The notes under the pieces: generated by a model
Seen by the model: the letters and a program-made list of their open reading frames with translations, nothing else
What the model was told of the DNA's origin: nothing
Database searches by the model: none
Source: Elsinoe ampelina
Taxonomy: Eukaryota
Direction of reading: 5' to 3'
DNA length: 64,000 bases
Assembly (NCBI GenBank): GCA_010093995.1
Contig: ML992517.1
Location: 138,677-202,676, forward strand
Part shown: positions 1 through 13,914 of the stretch, in pieces
Position numbering within the stretch: the stretch's first letter is position 1
How the letters are laid out: every line of letters starts with the position of its first letter
Program-made: the position numbers and the translations under genes

Positions 1-566
1 CTACTAACGTCTAAAATTGGTACTTATCTTATAGATAAGAGCATAGAAGGTAGCTTAACTATTACTACTCTCTAAGAGCTCTATTGTACGCTAAAATGTA
101 TACCGAATGTTATTACTATCTAGTACTACTAGAAGCACCTTCTTCTCTAACCTTCTCCTATTAGAAATCGACCTAAATGTTCTTCTAACTATACCTTTAT
201 CTATTATAATACTCTCTAAGAGACTATATAAGTCTCTATAGCCTTTATTAACGAGAGCGAAGGCTTACTTAATAGCTTTAATTAAGTATATCGCTAGTTA
301 ATAAGAAGCAAATATAGGTGTAGCTACGGAGGGGAGAAGAAGAGGAGAGAGAGAGAAAGTAGAGGTAGAAGAGTAGCGGTATAGGTAGCAATTCGGTGTA
401 AGTATTACTCGCGATAGATAAGCCTTAGATCTTAGTTTACTTACGAGAGAGGCATACTAGAATTATACTTAGTTATAATTAGTTAGCCTAAACTAACACT
501 CGTAGAACTATAAAGTTTAACACGCTAAACTTTATCTCCTCTTAGTTTTATTATATACTTATTACG

Positions 567-1360
567 TAGTAATATAACTATATTACAAATACGATTCGTA
601 ATAACGCCTTAGTTCGCGCCCTCCGCTTATACCGACCTAAACGTAGGTATTAGTGTCTCTAGTATAACCTTTTCTCTTCTCTCTATCTAACCTTAATAAT
701 AGCTAGCTATCTATTATAGCAGATTCCCCGCCTAGTACACTATAATTATCTATTGCTATATATATAATAGCGACTCTAATATTTACTCCTACCTCGCCGT
801 TGCTACTACTTCTAATAACATTCTCTATACTAGCTATATTATGTTTATAGAATTAACTACTACTAGTACCTAGTAGTTACGCCGGAGTAAATCTATTATA
901 GTATACCTCTCTATCTTACCTACTACGCCGCTATAGGCTTAAGAGTGTATAAGGAGACTCTAATACCTCTTTCTCTCTCCTCGCTACTACTACTCTCTAT
1001 AGCTTCCTTTACACTAGCTATATATTATTAGTAGGATTAGCTACTATCTCTACCTAGTAGCTACGACTAAGCGAATCTATTACGGAGCATCTCCTAATCT
1101 TATAGACAGCGCTACTAGGGGTTCTAGTATATATAAAGAGGGTAGAGAAGCTAGCGTCTACTAGGAATTACTTACCTTATAGTATAAGAATGTTAAGGGG
1201 AGAATTATAGAGGAATAACTAGTATAACAAAGGGAAAGAGATAGAGGTATATCGTAGGTAAAGATACGTCTACTACCTCCTACTAGATAGTAGCTTACTA
1301 TAGAGAGCGTTATAGGTAGAGCTATATTAGTAGTATTTTCTTTTATAATTACTTTTATAG
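567..1360 (+). repeat. Direct repeat A, copy 1 (copy 2 at ~7730-8525)
   Basis: Colinear match, e.g. 'ataacgccttagttcgcgccctccgcttataccgacctaaa' vs 'ataacgccttagtttgcgccctttacttataccgacctaaa'; differences are mostly C/T and G/A transitions. Confidence 0.93.
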
Positions 1361-2099
1361 CGGGGTTTTGTTATTAGTAGCGCTTTATTATAACTTCCTT
1401 ACGTTAGCGATATACTTCTTTCTATGTAGATTATATACCTATTGCTTTAATTCCTCTCCTCTAACTAGTAAACAAAATCTCCTTGTCTAATATATATAAG
1501 TATACTATATATCTTTCTTTATTCCTTGTTATTTGTCTTATCTCCTATCTACTATAAAGACATTAAGGTTGTCACTTTACACGATAATACTCTTTATTAA
1601 ATAGTCTACTAGCTGTTTAAAGCATATATAACTTTATATATAGTACTAATATATAAGTGTTTAGTATAGTCAATTACTTTAATACTAATTTTCTACGATA
1701 ATTAGTACTTATAACATCCTCCGATAGCTGCGTTTTATTTACTTACCTAATTTACGCCCTATAATATTTATTAGTAGTAAACTAACTTATTTACTTTTAG
1801 TTCTAGTATCGACCTAATATTAGTAATTATTATATATTACTATTAGCACGTATAAAACATAGACTTAGTTAACCTAGTTTACTTTTAGGTCGAGGCCCGA
1901 ACTAGATCTTAGTTATAAGTATACTACTTACTTCGGTATACTATCTTAAATACAAATTTTATTATATTTAAGAAGTTACTACCTACTTTCTGCGTAGTAT
2001 TTTAACATTATACTAGGTAGTAGGTATTTATAATTACTACTATTTACTCTATAGCGCTTAACTTACTACGCTTAGTTCCTAGCTATATAATTTTAACTC

Positions 2100-3540
2100 C
2101 TCTAACCTTACCTATCTTATATAACGCCTTTACTAGTAGATATTCTTACACTTATTAAATACATATAATAGAACTATACTACTAAAGACGAAGAAGCTAA
2201 AGGTCGCTACTAAACCTATAGAAAAGATTCTACTTAATAACCTTATACTAGCTCTTATTAAAAATACACTTTGTAATAACAATGTTAGTAAGAAATCTAT
2301 CTAATTCTTCTTTAATTAGAATAACTAGTAATACTCTACTACGTTTGCAAGGATAAAGGAAATAATCTTAAAAGTCTTTATAGAATCTAATATTAAAATT
2401 AAGAAATAAGATAGAAGTAAGTTACGTAATTCTAAGGTACTTAAAGCATATCTTAAAATTAAAACTAGGCTACTAAATAGCATACCTAACGATTTCTAGC
2501 TCTTTATTAACTAACTAGATCGGAAAGATCTAGACTAGTTTAAGGAGAACTTATAGACTATAGTTAATATTAATAAGATAAAAGCTATATAGCGATTATT
2601 CTAAAATACTATATAATTAATAAAGGCAAATCTCCTGTCGGTTAAAAGGGAAAGAATAACGTTACTAGGCAAAGAAGGTACCTAGAGTCTATATCCTTTA
2701 GCTACCTTGTCTATATAGACACTAACGCTCTCCTAAGTAAGAACACTATTCTTAGAGAGATATATAACTTGTATAAAGATAGGCAATAAGAGATTAGATT
2801 TGTATATATAGCCTTATTATAGGATATTTAGCTTTAACTAGGGGCTAGTATCTAATTATGTCTAGATTAATATTAAATTTGCTACGATCTAGATTATAGA
2901 GATTATCGAAGTAGATACTATCCCGTATCTAATATTAAGAAAGAACATCCGTATCTATAACTTAATAAAGCCTAGTACTAGCAAGGACAAGAATTGTTAC
3001 GTTAATTACTACATCGGTAAGCTTAAGTAGATCCTTAATATTAGAGGTAATTACCTCTAACTCTACTAGCTTAACACGTATAACTCCGTATAAGTCTTCG
3101 CTATTAAAGACTCTTTCGATCTAGACGCTACTATTACTAAGTATATTACAACTCTTATTCCTAGTGCCTATAAGATCTTTCTCTATCTTACTTCTTCTAT
3201 AGCATCTATTAAAGATCTTCTCGACTTTATATAAAGTAAGTTTACCCCTTTCCTATTTATCTATATATACTAACACTTATAGATAACTCTTATTAATATT
3301 GTAGTAGCTAGCGACTACTTCCTATAGCTAAGGCTACTATAGAAAAGAACTTAGAAGTGTTTCTTACTCCTAAGAAGCTTTACTTTATAGATATTAATAC
3401 TAATAAGAAGCATAAAGGAGATTAGTAGAAAGAGAATATTATAATATAGAACGTTTAATACTTGCAATAGTAACTAAACTACTAAAGGCAAGAGCGGCAA
3501 TGCTACTATGTTTTATTTGCTATTATATTATTTATAAAAC
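2100..3540 (+). pseudogene. RIP-destroyed gene of unknown function, unit 1 (homolog at ~9380-10750)
   Basis: Long frame broken only by TAA/TAG; translated block IKDSFDLDATITKYITTLIP..KIFLYLTSS (~3100-3200) aligns with ILDNYDLRATIINYVNSLVK..IIFIYLIPS (~10335-10435). Boundaries approximate. Confidence 0.5.
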
Positions 3541-3949
3541 TGTTTAGTTCTTAACTAATAAAGTTTTATTTAGCTCGTTCTGCCCCTAAGAGGCTATAGC
3601 CCCTATAAATCCTACAATTTCCGTTATTGTTATTAGAAGTAAACTTACTCGATAGTTCTATAACTATAGCTAGACAGATTCTAACTGACTTAGCAACTTA
3701 GTTCGGAGTGTAGTTTTACTTTATATAGTTTTAGAAGAATATAGCTCCTTCTTCTCCGCTAGAAGAACATAGCCTATTTAGACTATAGTATATGCCGCTA
3801 AGGTGCTATCTATATTCCTACTACTTTAATAGCTTAAAGGATATTATATAAGCTACTATACACCTAAGGCCGGCTATCTATCTAGATAAATATAATCTCT
3901 CGAAGCTCTCTAATACCTCTCCTAAGTTTCACTTTATTACTAGTAACTT

Positions 3950-6060
3950 CCTATAGCTCGCCTAGTACGCTATAACGTATTAGAGCGAAGAGAGTAAGTC
4001 TAAGAAGATAACGACTTACTTCTACTAACACGAGATTAATATTAGTATTAAAAAAGTAATATGTTCTTAATATTATTAACAATAGAAACAAAGTAATACT
4101 ACTATAGATACAATAGACTAGAGCGTTTAATAATAAGCGAAATAAGTTAGTAGAATAGAATCTTGTCCCCTATTATAGTAGAAGTAATAGTATAAGTTTT
4201 AGTTCTATACTAAACTTAGAGTTAACTAAATTAAATAAGAATAGTATAGTGCTATAAAGAAGCGCGTAGGTGTTACTACTAATATAGTTATTAGGCTTTA
4301 CTCTTATATACTAGCGAGGTTTATATATAGTATACTTAGAAGTTAATAAAGAATTTCTACCGACTATTATTAGTTCTAGCTACTACCTTCCGATAAATAG
4401 TAGAGACACTTTAGATTAGGTTATACCTCCTAACTAAGTACAAACTTAAGTTAGTTTAGTTAGCCTAAAACTAGAGACAAACTTATTTTATATTAGAGTA
4501 GATAAGTCCTTTAAGGGAACGCTATAATACTTAGCTATCTTATACCTCTCCTTATTAGGTAATTGCTACTTAGTATTAGTATAGCTCTACCGACTATATA
4601 CGTAGGTTTAGTATTAAGCTTAATATTTAATATAAGGTTAATTATACTAAGAGAAAGAGATTAGATACCTACTACTTAACGAAGGTAGCTTTGACATAGT
4701 AGAGCTAGTTTCTATCTATAGGCGGTAAAGACGTACCTATTACAAAGAATAAGAGAGAATAAACTAGACATAATTTAACTCGATATTACTATATAATATA
4801 ATAAGAGACAGCTCTCTACCTATATAAAGGTAATATAAGAATAGTTAAAGTCTATCGCAGCTCTCTTTTTTGTAAATATAATAGTCACTTCTCGTTTCTA
4901 GTTCGAAATCTTCGTATTAGTCCCTATATAGATAGCTAGACTTCTATTTATTCCTCTTAATATGTATCTTAACCTAATTATAAAACATCTAGTAGCTACG
5001 CCTACTTTTATGTTTTATTAGGTTTAAGATATTCCTAACTAGAACTTTAAAGTTTTAATCGAGAATAGATATCTTATTTCTTTAGTAGTACTATATATAT
5101 AAATCGCTTTACGTATAGGGGAGTATACCTTAACTACGATTATAGAGACGCTATATAGGAGAGAGTAGCACGGAATAATATCTATATTCGACAAGTAAAA
5201 GGAACCTAGAGGTAATTATACTAGATGTTGTTATAAGCTTACTTTATTTACTCTACTACCCCGCTAGTATAGGAAGAGTAATAATATCGACCGACATTGT
5301 AGTAGAGGCTATAGACACTCCTTAGACTTTATACCCCGAGCCGAAGCGGTAGATAAGTATATAGCTAGCACTATACTAGATTAGAAATATAGGGCCTTTG
5401 TGTTATTATCTCTAAGATTATAGAATAGAAAGCCTATAGTTAGAAGACTAAGAGGTAGTAAGGGATTATTCGTGTATATAACTCTATAGCGCTAGTAGTA
5501 GCTATAGTAGTTAGTTCGACTTAGTTAGTCTAGTTTAGTTATTGCTAATAAGAGAGCTATATCTACAATAACTTAAGAGAATTCTAAATAGCTAAGCTAT
5601 TAGAATTAGTAAGGGCACTAAAGTTATTATTATCAATTATAGAGAGAAGTCTATAGTAAGCTACGTAGGCATTATTAGAGTAGCTATATTAAAGTAAACT
5701 TACTTCGAGAAAGCTATACTAGTTAGTTCGTAACTAGGAATAGTATATAGTTCTATAACAAGTAGAGTACTAGTACTTCTGCCTTAATAGTGTAACTTTA
5801 CTTAATACGAAGTTAGTATATAGATCTAATTATTATAGTAAGCTTCCGATAGTGCCTTAGAGAATATAATATCCGCTAGCGTAGATATAATAATAGCGTT
5901 TATGCTTAAGCTAACTATACTATTCTATCGGCTAAAGAAGTAAGTTAACTATAGCTACGATATACTAATAATAATATAGAAGGTTATATAAGATAATAAA
6001 GCGAAGCGGACAAACTAAAAGCGTAGTTGTTTAAACTAATAGAGAAGTAATAGCAAATTA
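3950..6060 (+). pseudogene. Diverged RIP relic homologous to the C-terminal part of the unit-2 SNF2-like helicase
   Basis: AFMLKLTILFYR...IIIxKVI (~5896-5990) aligns with AFIIKPTALFYR...LIIxKVI (~13230-13322); shared intron-like segment gttagt...ctaat (~5510 vs ~12847). Helicase motifs I and II are not recognisable in this copy. Confidence 0.5.
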
Positions 6061-6569
6061 TTAGTTTATCCTTGTTAAGATTAGTTAAGGGAATACTTAC
6101 AATTTTCACCTAAAAAGCACTAGTTTTAGTTTAGCGAACTAATCGACTACCCCTAACAGATTAACTATAGGTATAAACGACCTAACGTTATATAGCCGAG
6201 ACATCTTTATATACTACTATTACTATTTTTTCGTAGAGGCTATTTATAACTAACTTATTATAATACTAGTGACAAGTTAAGACACGAGATAGTAAGAGCT
6301 ATAAATTATTTACTAGCTAAAATTATTATACCTACGCGGCACTCTCTGTTTTATAATTGCTATAAAGGCCTCTACTAAGGACAATAGCGCGACAATAGCT
6401 AATTAAGTATAGCATTTAATATTATCCTTAAGTAAGAGACGGCTAATAAACTCTACTACCTAAATATATTAGAGTAAACTCTGTCTCGATGTGTCTAGTA
6501 CTATAGCGTAGATACAATTTTAGCTTTAGTTTACTAACGCTATATAATAGCTTAGTTCTATTAGCTCTA

Positions 6570-7039
6570 CTACGAATTACGGTAAATAAGAACTAAACTA
6601 AGTAACGAGGTAGAAACGATAGCCTATAGCTAGTATAGAGTATCCTTTCCCCTTTGTCTACTATATAGTATAGCATAGTAGATAATCCTCTTAGTCTCTT
6701 TACTAACCTCGACTCTCGACCTCTAGTACGTAGAATAGATAGTAATAGTAATAGTAGGCTCGATAGCGACATATATAAGGAAGAGAAGAGTATAGATAAA
6801 GTTATAATAGAAGATATACACAAGAAAGAGTAAGTAATTATAGTAAGTACAACTAGTAACACGTCTATAAGGCGGAGTACTAGAAGGTTATTCTTATTTA
6901 GTAGAGCTATATCCAATTATACTACGTTCGAGATAGTAACTAGTATACTAGCTAGTAGCGAGGAGTTAGTAATAGACATAGTTTATCCTTAGTTTACGTT
7001 AACTAATCTTATCTAGATCTCCCTAAGTCTATAATATAT
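6570..7039 (+). repeat. Direct repeat B, copy 1 (copy 2 at ~13915-14384); truncated 5' end of the Plavaka gene region
   Basis: Colinear ~470 bp match ending at 'gatctccctaagtctataatatat'; copy 2 continues into the Plavaka transposase, copy 1 breaks off. Confidence 0.92.
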
Positions 7040-7403
7040 CCTTCGCCTCGAGCGATTAATAAGATATAGCTTAGCTAGGGACTCTCGGCTCGGCGCTTTA
7101 ACGTTTAATAAAAGGCAAGCTACTAACTTAGATAGATAATTTTAATTTAAGTTAGGTCGTTATAGTAGAAGCGTCTTCTAGTAGGATATACTTACTAGCC
7201 TCTATATAATGTTCTAATAAATCTACTTCTACCTACGTAAGAGTACTAAAGATATATCTAAGTTACATATATAAAGGCTATAGTAGTCTAACTAATAGCA
7301 AAATAGTGTTTACTAGTAGGAAGCTTACTCGGCTTAAATTTAGTAGTACGAATTGTTACTTTACTCTATCTCTAGTATATTATATATAGTAGTAGTAGAG
7401 GGC

Positions 7404-7602
7404 AGCTAGTAGGGGATAGCTAGTAGTTTATTACGTCGAACTAATAATTTCTTAGTTCTCTCTCTTAAAGTTTAAAGATAATTTAAAATTTTAACCTAAC
7501 TATAGCTAGTAAGGGACGGCTAGTAGTTTATTACGTCGAACTAATAATGTCTTAGTCCTCTCTTTCGAAGTTTAAGAATAACCTAAAATTTCGACCTAAC
7601 TA
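7404..7602 (+). repeat. Tandem duplication, 2 x ~100 bp
   Basis: 'agctagtaRgggaYRgctagtagtttattacgtcgaactaataat...acctaacta' starts at 7404 and again at 7504. Confidence 0.9.
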
Positions 7603-7729
7603 GATTAAGCACTCTTTAAAACTTAATTACGTAATGCTATCTAATTATGTTCTTCTCTAAAGTTAGGTATTATATGTTTAGAGACTTACAATCTTTATAG
7701 CATTATAAACGTGTTATAAACTCTATTTA

Positions 7730-8525
7730 TAGCAACATAACTATATTATAGATACGATTTACTATAACGCCTTAGTTTGCGCCCTTTACTTATACCGACC
7801 TAAATATAGGTATTAGCGTCCCTAGTATAACCTTTTCTCTCCTCTCTATCCGACCTTAATAATAGCTAGCTATCTATTGTAGCGGATCCCCTACCTAGTA
7901 CACTATAATTATCTATTACTATATATATAATAGCGACTCTAACATTTACTTCTACCTTGCTATTACTACTACTTCTAATAGTATTCTCTATACCGGCTAT
8001 GTTATGTTTATAGGATTAACTACTACTAGTACCTAGTAGTTACGCCGGAGTAAATCTATTATAGTATACCTCTCTATCTTACCTACTACGCCGCTATAGG
8101 CTTAAGGGTACGTAAGGAGACTCCAATACTTCTTTCTCTCTCCTCGCTACTACTACCCTCTATAGCTTCCTTTACACTAGCTATATATTATTAGTAGAAC
8201 TAGCTACTATCTCTATCTAGTAGCTACGACTAAGCAAATCTATTACGGAGCATCTCCTAATCTTATAGATAGCGCTACTAAGAGTTCTAGCGTATGTAAA
8301 GAGAGTAGAGAAGCTAGTATCTACCGGGGATTACCTGCCTTATAGTATAAGAATGTTAAGGGGAGAATTATAGAGGAACAACTAGTATAACAAAGAGGAA
8401 AAGACAGAGGAATATTGTAGGCAAGGATATATCTACTACCTCCTACTAGATAGTAGCTTACTATAGAGGGCATTATAGGCAAAGCTATACTAGTAGTGTC
8501 CTCTCTTACTATTACCTTCCTAGTA
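7730..8525 (+). repeat. Direct repeat A, copy 2
   Basis: Colinear with 567-1360. Confidence 0.93.
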
Positions 8526-9379
8526 GAGCTAGGCGAGGAATAAAGCGTATTTGTAATTATATAGAATATACTATTAACTACCTATTCCGCGGAATATATA
8601 GCCTTTACTCTACTCTACTACTCGATTCTATATATAGCAATTATAAAGTCTAGATAATTAGATAGTAGTATATTACTTTCTTTATTCCTTTACTAGTATC
8701 TATAAGCTATACTATATGCTATATATACTATACTCTTTATTCCGCTATAGGCTACTAACTACCTTCTATTTATGTTCTATTACTATTGTCTTTCGTATAT
8801 AAATACTAGTTTCGCTATTAAAATATTGTTTAATTATTTTACGTTAACTGCTACTATATTCCCTCTATTTATTAGACTATTATCCCTTAAGATCTACCCT
8901 AAACATGACAATAGTATTCTTAGTACATATAGTATGTAAAATAAAAGGTAACTAAGTATACGGACTATAGTTACTCTTAGTTTAGTATCTAAACTAAGTA
9001 ATTTACTATTATATATATACTATATCTAGTATACTACTATATGCTTAGTTTAGGGCCCGACCTAAGTTAACTAAATTTAGGTTACTTCTCTCCTTAATTG
9101 CTTTAGTTTACTTTTATTTATACTCTCTTATATATAAATAAATAACTTATATAGCTCTCTAGTATTTCTTTAACCTCTTTAACTTCTCTTTTAAGTACTC
9201 TTTACTTAAATATCTCCTCTTTAGTTAAGTCTTAGTTAGGTATATATTACAAAGTATATAGATCTACTATATTAATAAATTCTCTCTTTAATTCTTCTAA
9301 ACTTATAAACACATAATACCTTTATAGAATCTTTTCTTTAATATCTACTATACCTACTTAACCTATTTACTAGATATTA

Positions 9380-10750
9380 TTCTAAGCTTTATTTATAGTA
9401 TATACTAAGCTTATAGACGTATATAATATGTCTAAGAATTAGCCTAATAGCGCTAGTATAGCTACTAATAATATTCCGCTCTATAAAAGACCTCCTATAG
9501 AAATTTAAGTATAGCTTAATAAAAACCTTAAGATTAAGAGATTCTTCCTTAAATTCTTTAACTAGGATAATAACTAGTACGCTACTACACGCGTAAGAGC
9601 GTAGGAAAAATATAAGAATACCTATATAGTTCTAGGACTTAAATATAAGAAACCTTAGGATAGTAATATTAATATAACTATAATTATAAATAATATCGAA
9701 ACTTCCCTATAATACTCTTAGGATAACTATACAAAGATCTTCTTTTAAAGACTATACTATTAAGACTAAGACTAGTTTAAGAGAAATATTAGAAACTATA
9801 ATAATATATCTAGTTATAATATTATTAAAGATTTTATCCTTACTATTAAGGCATAAGAGCTTAGGAATAAGAAGAATTAGACTAAAGTAGATAAGAAGGC
9901 TTATCCTAAGAAGTATATTAGAAAGCGCCTCTCCGCTACCTAGTCTAATAGCGAACTTTCTAAAAGATTAAAGACTTCTATACTTAGTAGCGGACTTGTA
10001 GGTATAGATATTAATTACTACACTAGTTAGCCTATATGTTAGTAGTAAATACTAGAGGACATATCTTATCTAGTCTAGAGTATTATTAACAAAACTATTA
10101 TTAACTTTATAATTATTAAGTAATTCGATATTAGCCTAGGCGTAATTATAAAGAGAGAATGTTTATGTCGTCTATAGGCGTTTAGTCTAAGAATTTTAAG
10201 GTCACATCTAGGGGATTATAATCTAAATATATATAGCCTTAATAATATTAGGCTATTTCTAAAGGAGAAGAAGTTAGTTAGTAATAATATTATTCTTATA
10301 TAGATAAATTATATAGAGCTATATAACATCCTACCTATCTTAGACAACTACGACCTACGTGCTACTATAATTAACTATGTTAACTCCCTAGTTAAAGGTA
10401 GTAATATAATTTTCATCTATCTTATACCTAGTATAGATCTAGTTAAGAAGCTTCCTAAAGAAGTACTTTATAAGTTTAACACTTAGTTTAACTTAGGTAT
10501 ATACTAATATAATTAGTTAACTCTCTTTAGTATTATAATAGTTAGAAGCTATTAACTCTAGTCTAGGAGGAAGAGAAAGAGGAACCTCTAGCCTCTCTAT
10601 CTCTAGCTAAGCGCCTACTACCGCGTAAATCTACCCCTAAGAAGTAACCTAGCCCTCTACTGCCTAATAAGAATAATACTACTATCGACTATTATCCTAC
10701 TTAGGTAATAGAAGACAAATACTATAAGTAATACTAAGATAGCAATTAGT
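9380..10750 (+). pseudogene. RIP-destroyed gene of unknown function, unit 2
   Basis: Translated similarity to 2100-3540; nucleotide echo 'gactagtttaag' at ~2533 and ~9770. Boundaries approximate. Confidence 0.5.
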
Positions 10751-10949
10751 ATCTCTTTATAATTATATCTAGTAAGGAGCAAGTAAGGTACTATATTCCG
10801 TTAGTCTCTAAGATACTATCTATACCTATCCTAGCGCTTATAACTTATATATTTAATAAGACTCTTAGTAGCTTAGACTTTGTTAAACTTTATACTATAA
10901 ACAATAATAATAATAATAAGTAAACTAGTTATAATCTAGCTAACTAAAG

Positions 10950-13435
10950 CTTTATCTCTATAGGCACTAGAATCGATTACTAGTCCGAAGAGTTCTAAGA
11001 GAGAGTCTATAACTTTATAGGCTTTAAGAAAGATATCTACTTACCAAACGCTAGTATATAGTGTTTTAGTTAGAACAAGAAGTATCTAGTTAAGGTAGTA
11101 TAGATATACTTAGCGCTTGTTATACTTAAGAAATACCTTAAAGGCTATCTAGTATTTATATTTATATATAAGATAGAATTTAGAAAGACTCTAATAGGAC
11201 TCTTCTTTCTCTTACTAATTCGGAACTTAAATAAAAAGGTTATCTAGGATGCTAACTATACTACTATACCTAAGGACAAGTAAAGTAAGTACTAGAAGGT
11301 AAAGACACTAGTTAACGAGCTATAGCTAGATATTGCTTCTATAGATACTATTAGCTATAATCTAATTATTAGCAAATTAAACGTAATAAAATAGTAGACA
11401 TAAGAGATATAGAAGTTTATACCTAATATAAAGGTCGTTCTATACTAGGGAAGAATATTCTAAGCTATATAAGAAGACAAGTATAGTAATATATATAATA
11501 TAGACACTTTAATTTGTAAAGAGAATCTGCCTATAGGCTACTACTAATAGGAGTCTTAGCCGATAGATAAGTCTAGTAAGCCTATCGACACTATTATAGT
11601 TTTATAACTAGTCGATATACGTAAGTAACACCCCCGGACCTTATAGATAAATAATTAGTTCTTCTTTACTACTTATAACACTATAATCTACTACTTCCTT
11701 AGTAAGAATAACATAAACACTAAGGATTAGAACTTTATTCCTAAGGGACAAGAGAGAAAGCTAAAGTCTACGCCTATAAACTAGGCCGCTATTATCTTTA
11801 ATAAGTTCTATTAGGTTACTAGCTAGAAGACGTAGACTTAGTTTTATCTAGGAATACTACCGGGGAGGCCTTTTATACTAGATATAAGTAAGACACTATT
11901 TATTAAGTACTTAAATATAGTAGCGTTCTTAATAGTAGCTATATATAAGAACTTTAGATTAGAAAAGCTCAATGTAAATAGAAGTAGAATAGGAGAATTT
12001 AACGAGAACTATATCTATAAATCTAAGTAGGAGCTAACTAAGGCTAAAGACAATAAATGTCAAGTAACACCGAAGACAATACTAGATAAGACTTAATAAG
12101 CTATCGCTAACAAGCTTAACTTCTAAATAGTATTAGACTATGCCTTCGTAATTGATAAATAGTATAAGGCGAATAACAACTCTAGTAAGTTTAATAAAAA
12201 GAGAGGTATATAGTTTATAGAAGAGATTATAGCAATAGTTAGTAAATAGGGCACTATCCTTACGAATATTCTTATTAAGATAAACATAAACTATATCTAG
12301 AAACCTTTTAATACTACTTCTAGTCTACTAGCTATTAGAGTTCTACTATATTCTACCTTCGACCTAGAGATCACTATCGAGGATAAGTATCTTTATAGTC
12401 TTATAAATATATAGAAGAAGATTAAACGGGATATAGATAAGAGTATATAAGAGACAATTAATAGGTAAAAGGATAAATCTAATAAGCCCGAAGTAACATT
12501 AGAGATAATTCTTAATAAGAAGACTAAGGAGCAAATACTAAGCCTAGTTATACCGCTACTACTTTTCTCTATATTTCTCGCTCTTATAGATATATTCTAG
12601 AATAATCCCGTAGTTATAGAAGAGTTTAGCAACTTTACTATTAAGTTTACCTATAAAATTATATATAACTCCTCGGAGATAGTGCTATAGTAGTACATAG
12701 ACAAGATCTATACTAGTTCTTAGATAAAGGTCCTTTATAGTGTTATTTCTAAGATTATTAAGTAGAACGTCTCCTATTTAAAGGAGCTAAAGAGGTAAGT
12801 AATTGTCTATATATTTATACTGTTAGTGCTAGTAGTCGCTACGATAGTTAGTTTAGTCTATTTAGTCTATTTAGGTTATTACTAATAAGGGTATAGTATC
12901 TAAAATAGCTCGAGAAGCACCTAGATGGTAAAGTAATTAGAATTAATAAGGATACTAATATAGTTGTTGTCTACTATAGAATAATATCTATACCTACCTA
13001 TATAGATATCGTTAACGTAGCTATATCTAATAATACATTTATTAAACCTAATAGGCCGGAAGGCTTAAGGATCTTAATTGCCTAGGGTAGAGCTATTAAG
13101 ACTAGTCTTAATCTAAACTACTTCGACACTATAATCTTGCTTGATATAGCGTTAGTGTTATAATCTATCCTTTAGTATCTAGCTTAGGTCTATAGGAATA
13201 TTAAGTCTTAGAAAGCTAACTATATAGAGGCGTTTATAATAAAGCCGACAGCTCTATTCTATAGGCCTCTAGAATAGCTTAATAGTAGATAGAGTAGGCT
13301 ATTAATAATATAGAAGGTTATCTACGAGGAAATAGAGAAATAGAGAATAGAGATCTAGAAACTTTAATAAGCTATAGCAAAGAAGAACATAATTATTGTA
13401 GATAATAATTAAGATTACTAGATAATAGTCTAACT
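10950..13435 (+). pseudogene. RIP-inactivated SNF2-like superfamily-2 helicase/ATPase
   Basis: 11167-11190 'tat aag ata gaa ttt aga aag act' reverts by transitions only to HEMGFGKT (motif I). In the same frame 11791-11811 'att atc ttt aat aag ttc tat' reverts to IIFDEFH (motif II). 13101-13115 TSLNL reverts to TGLNL (motif V), followed by a motif VI-like xYLAxVYR. An intron-like segment at ~12847 explains the frame change. Confidence 0.75.
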
Positions 13436-13914
13436 ATATTACCTAAAAATATAATTCTTTAGTTTAGCGGACTAATTTAGTTCCCTGTACATGTTAAACT
13501 ATCTTTTAGATTACCTAATATAATATAGCATCTAAACATTTCCTACTTTCTACTATTACTAAAATTTAGCTAGCTAACTCTAACTACGAATTTAGATCTT
13601 AAGTAATAAACATAGACATACTAAGGCGAATTAGTAAATGCTTAGCCTATAGGAAGATTATATAATCTAGTAGAGGCCTTATCTAATATCTACTATATTA
13701 CTAGAGGAGAGAGCTACTAATAAGTAACATAGCATAAGTCTTACTAGAGTGACGTAGCAATAGACATCTACGTAGAGACAACGCTAGTAATAATCCTTGC
13801 TTATTTAATAAGGGAGAGCGCTTACTGTCTAATAAAGGCTAACGAGGTAGTATTACTAGTAATATATAACATAGTCTACTAATGCTAAATAACCTACTAG
13901 TCTACTTTACTCCG

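Noticed and set aside
6593..6916. 107-aa minus-strand ORF in the ORF track
   Set aside because: Chance open frame in RIPped repeat B; the Ile/Leu/Ser-rich composition reflects AT bias.
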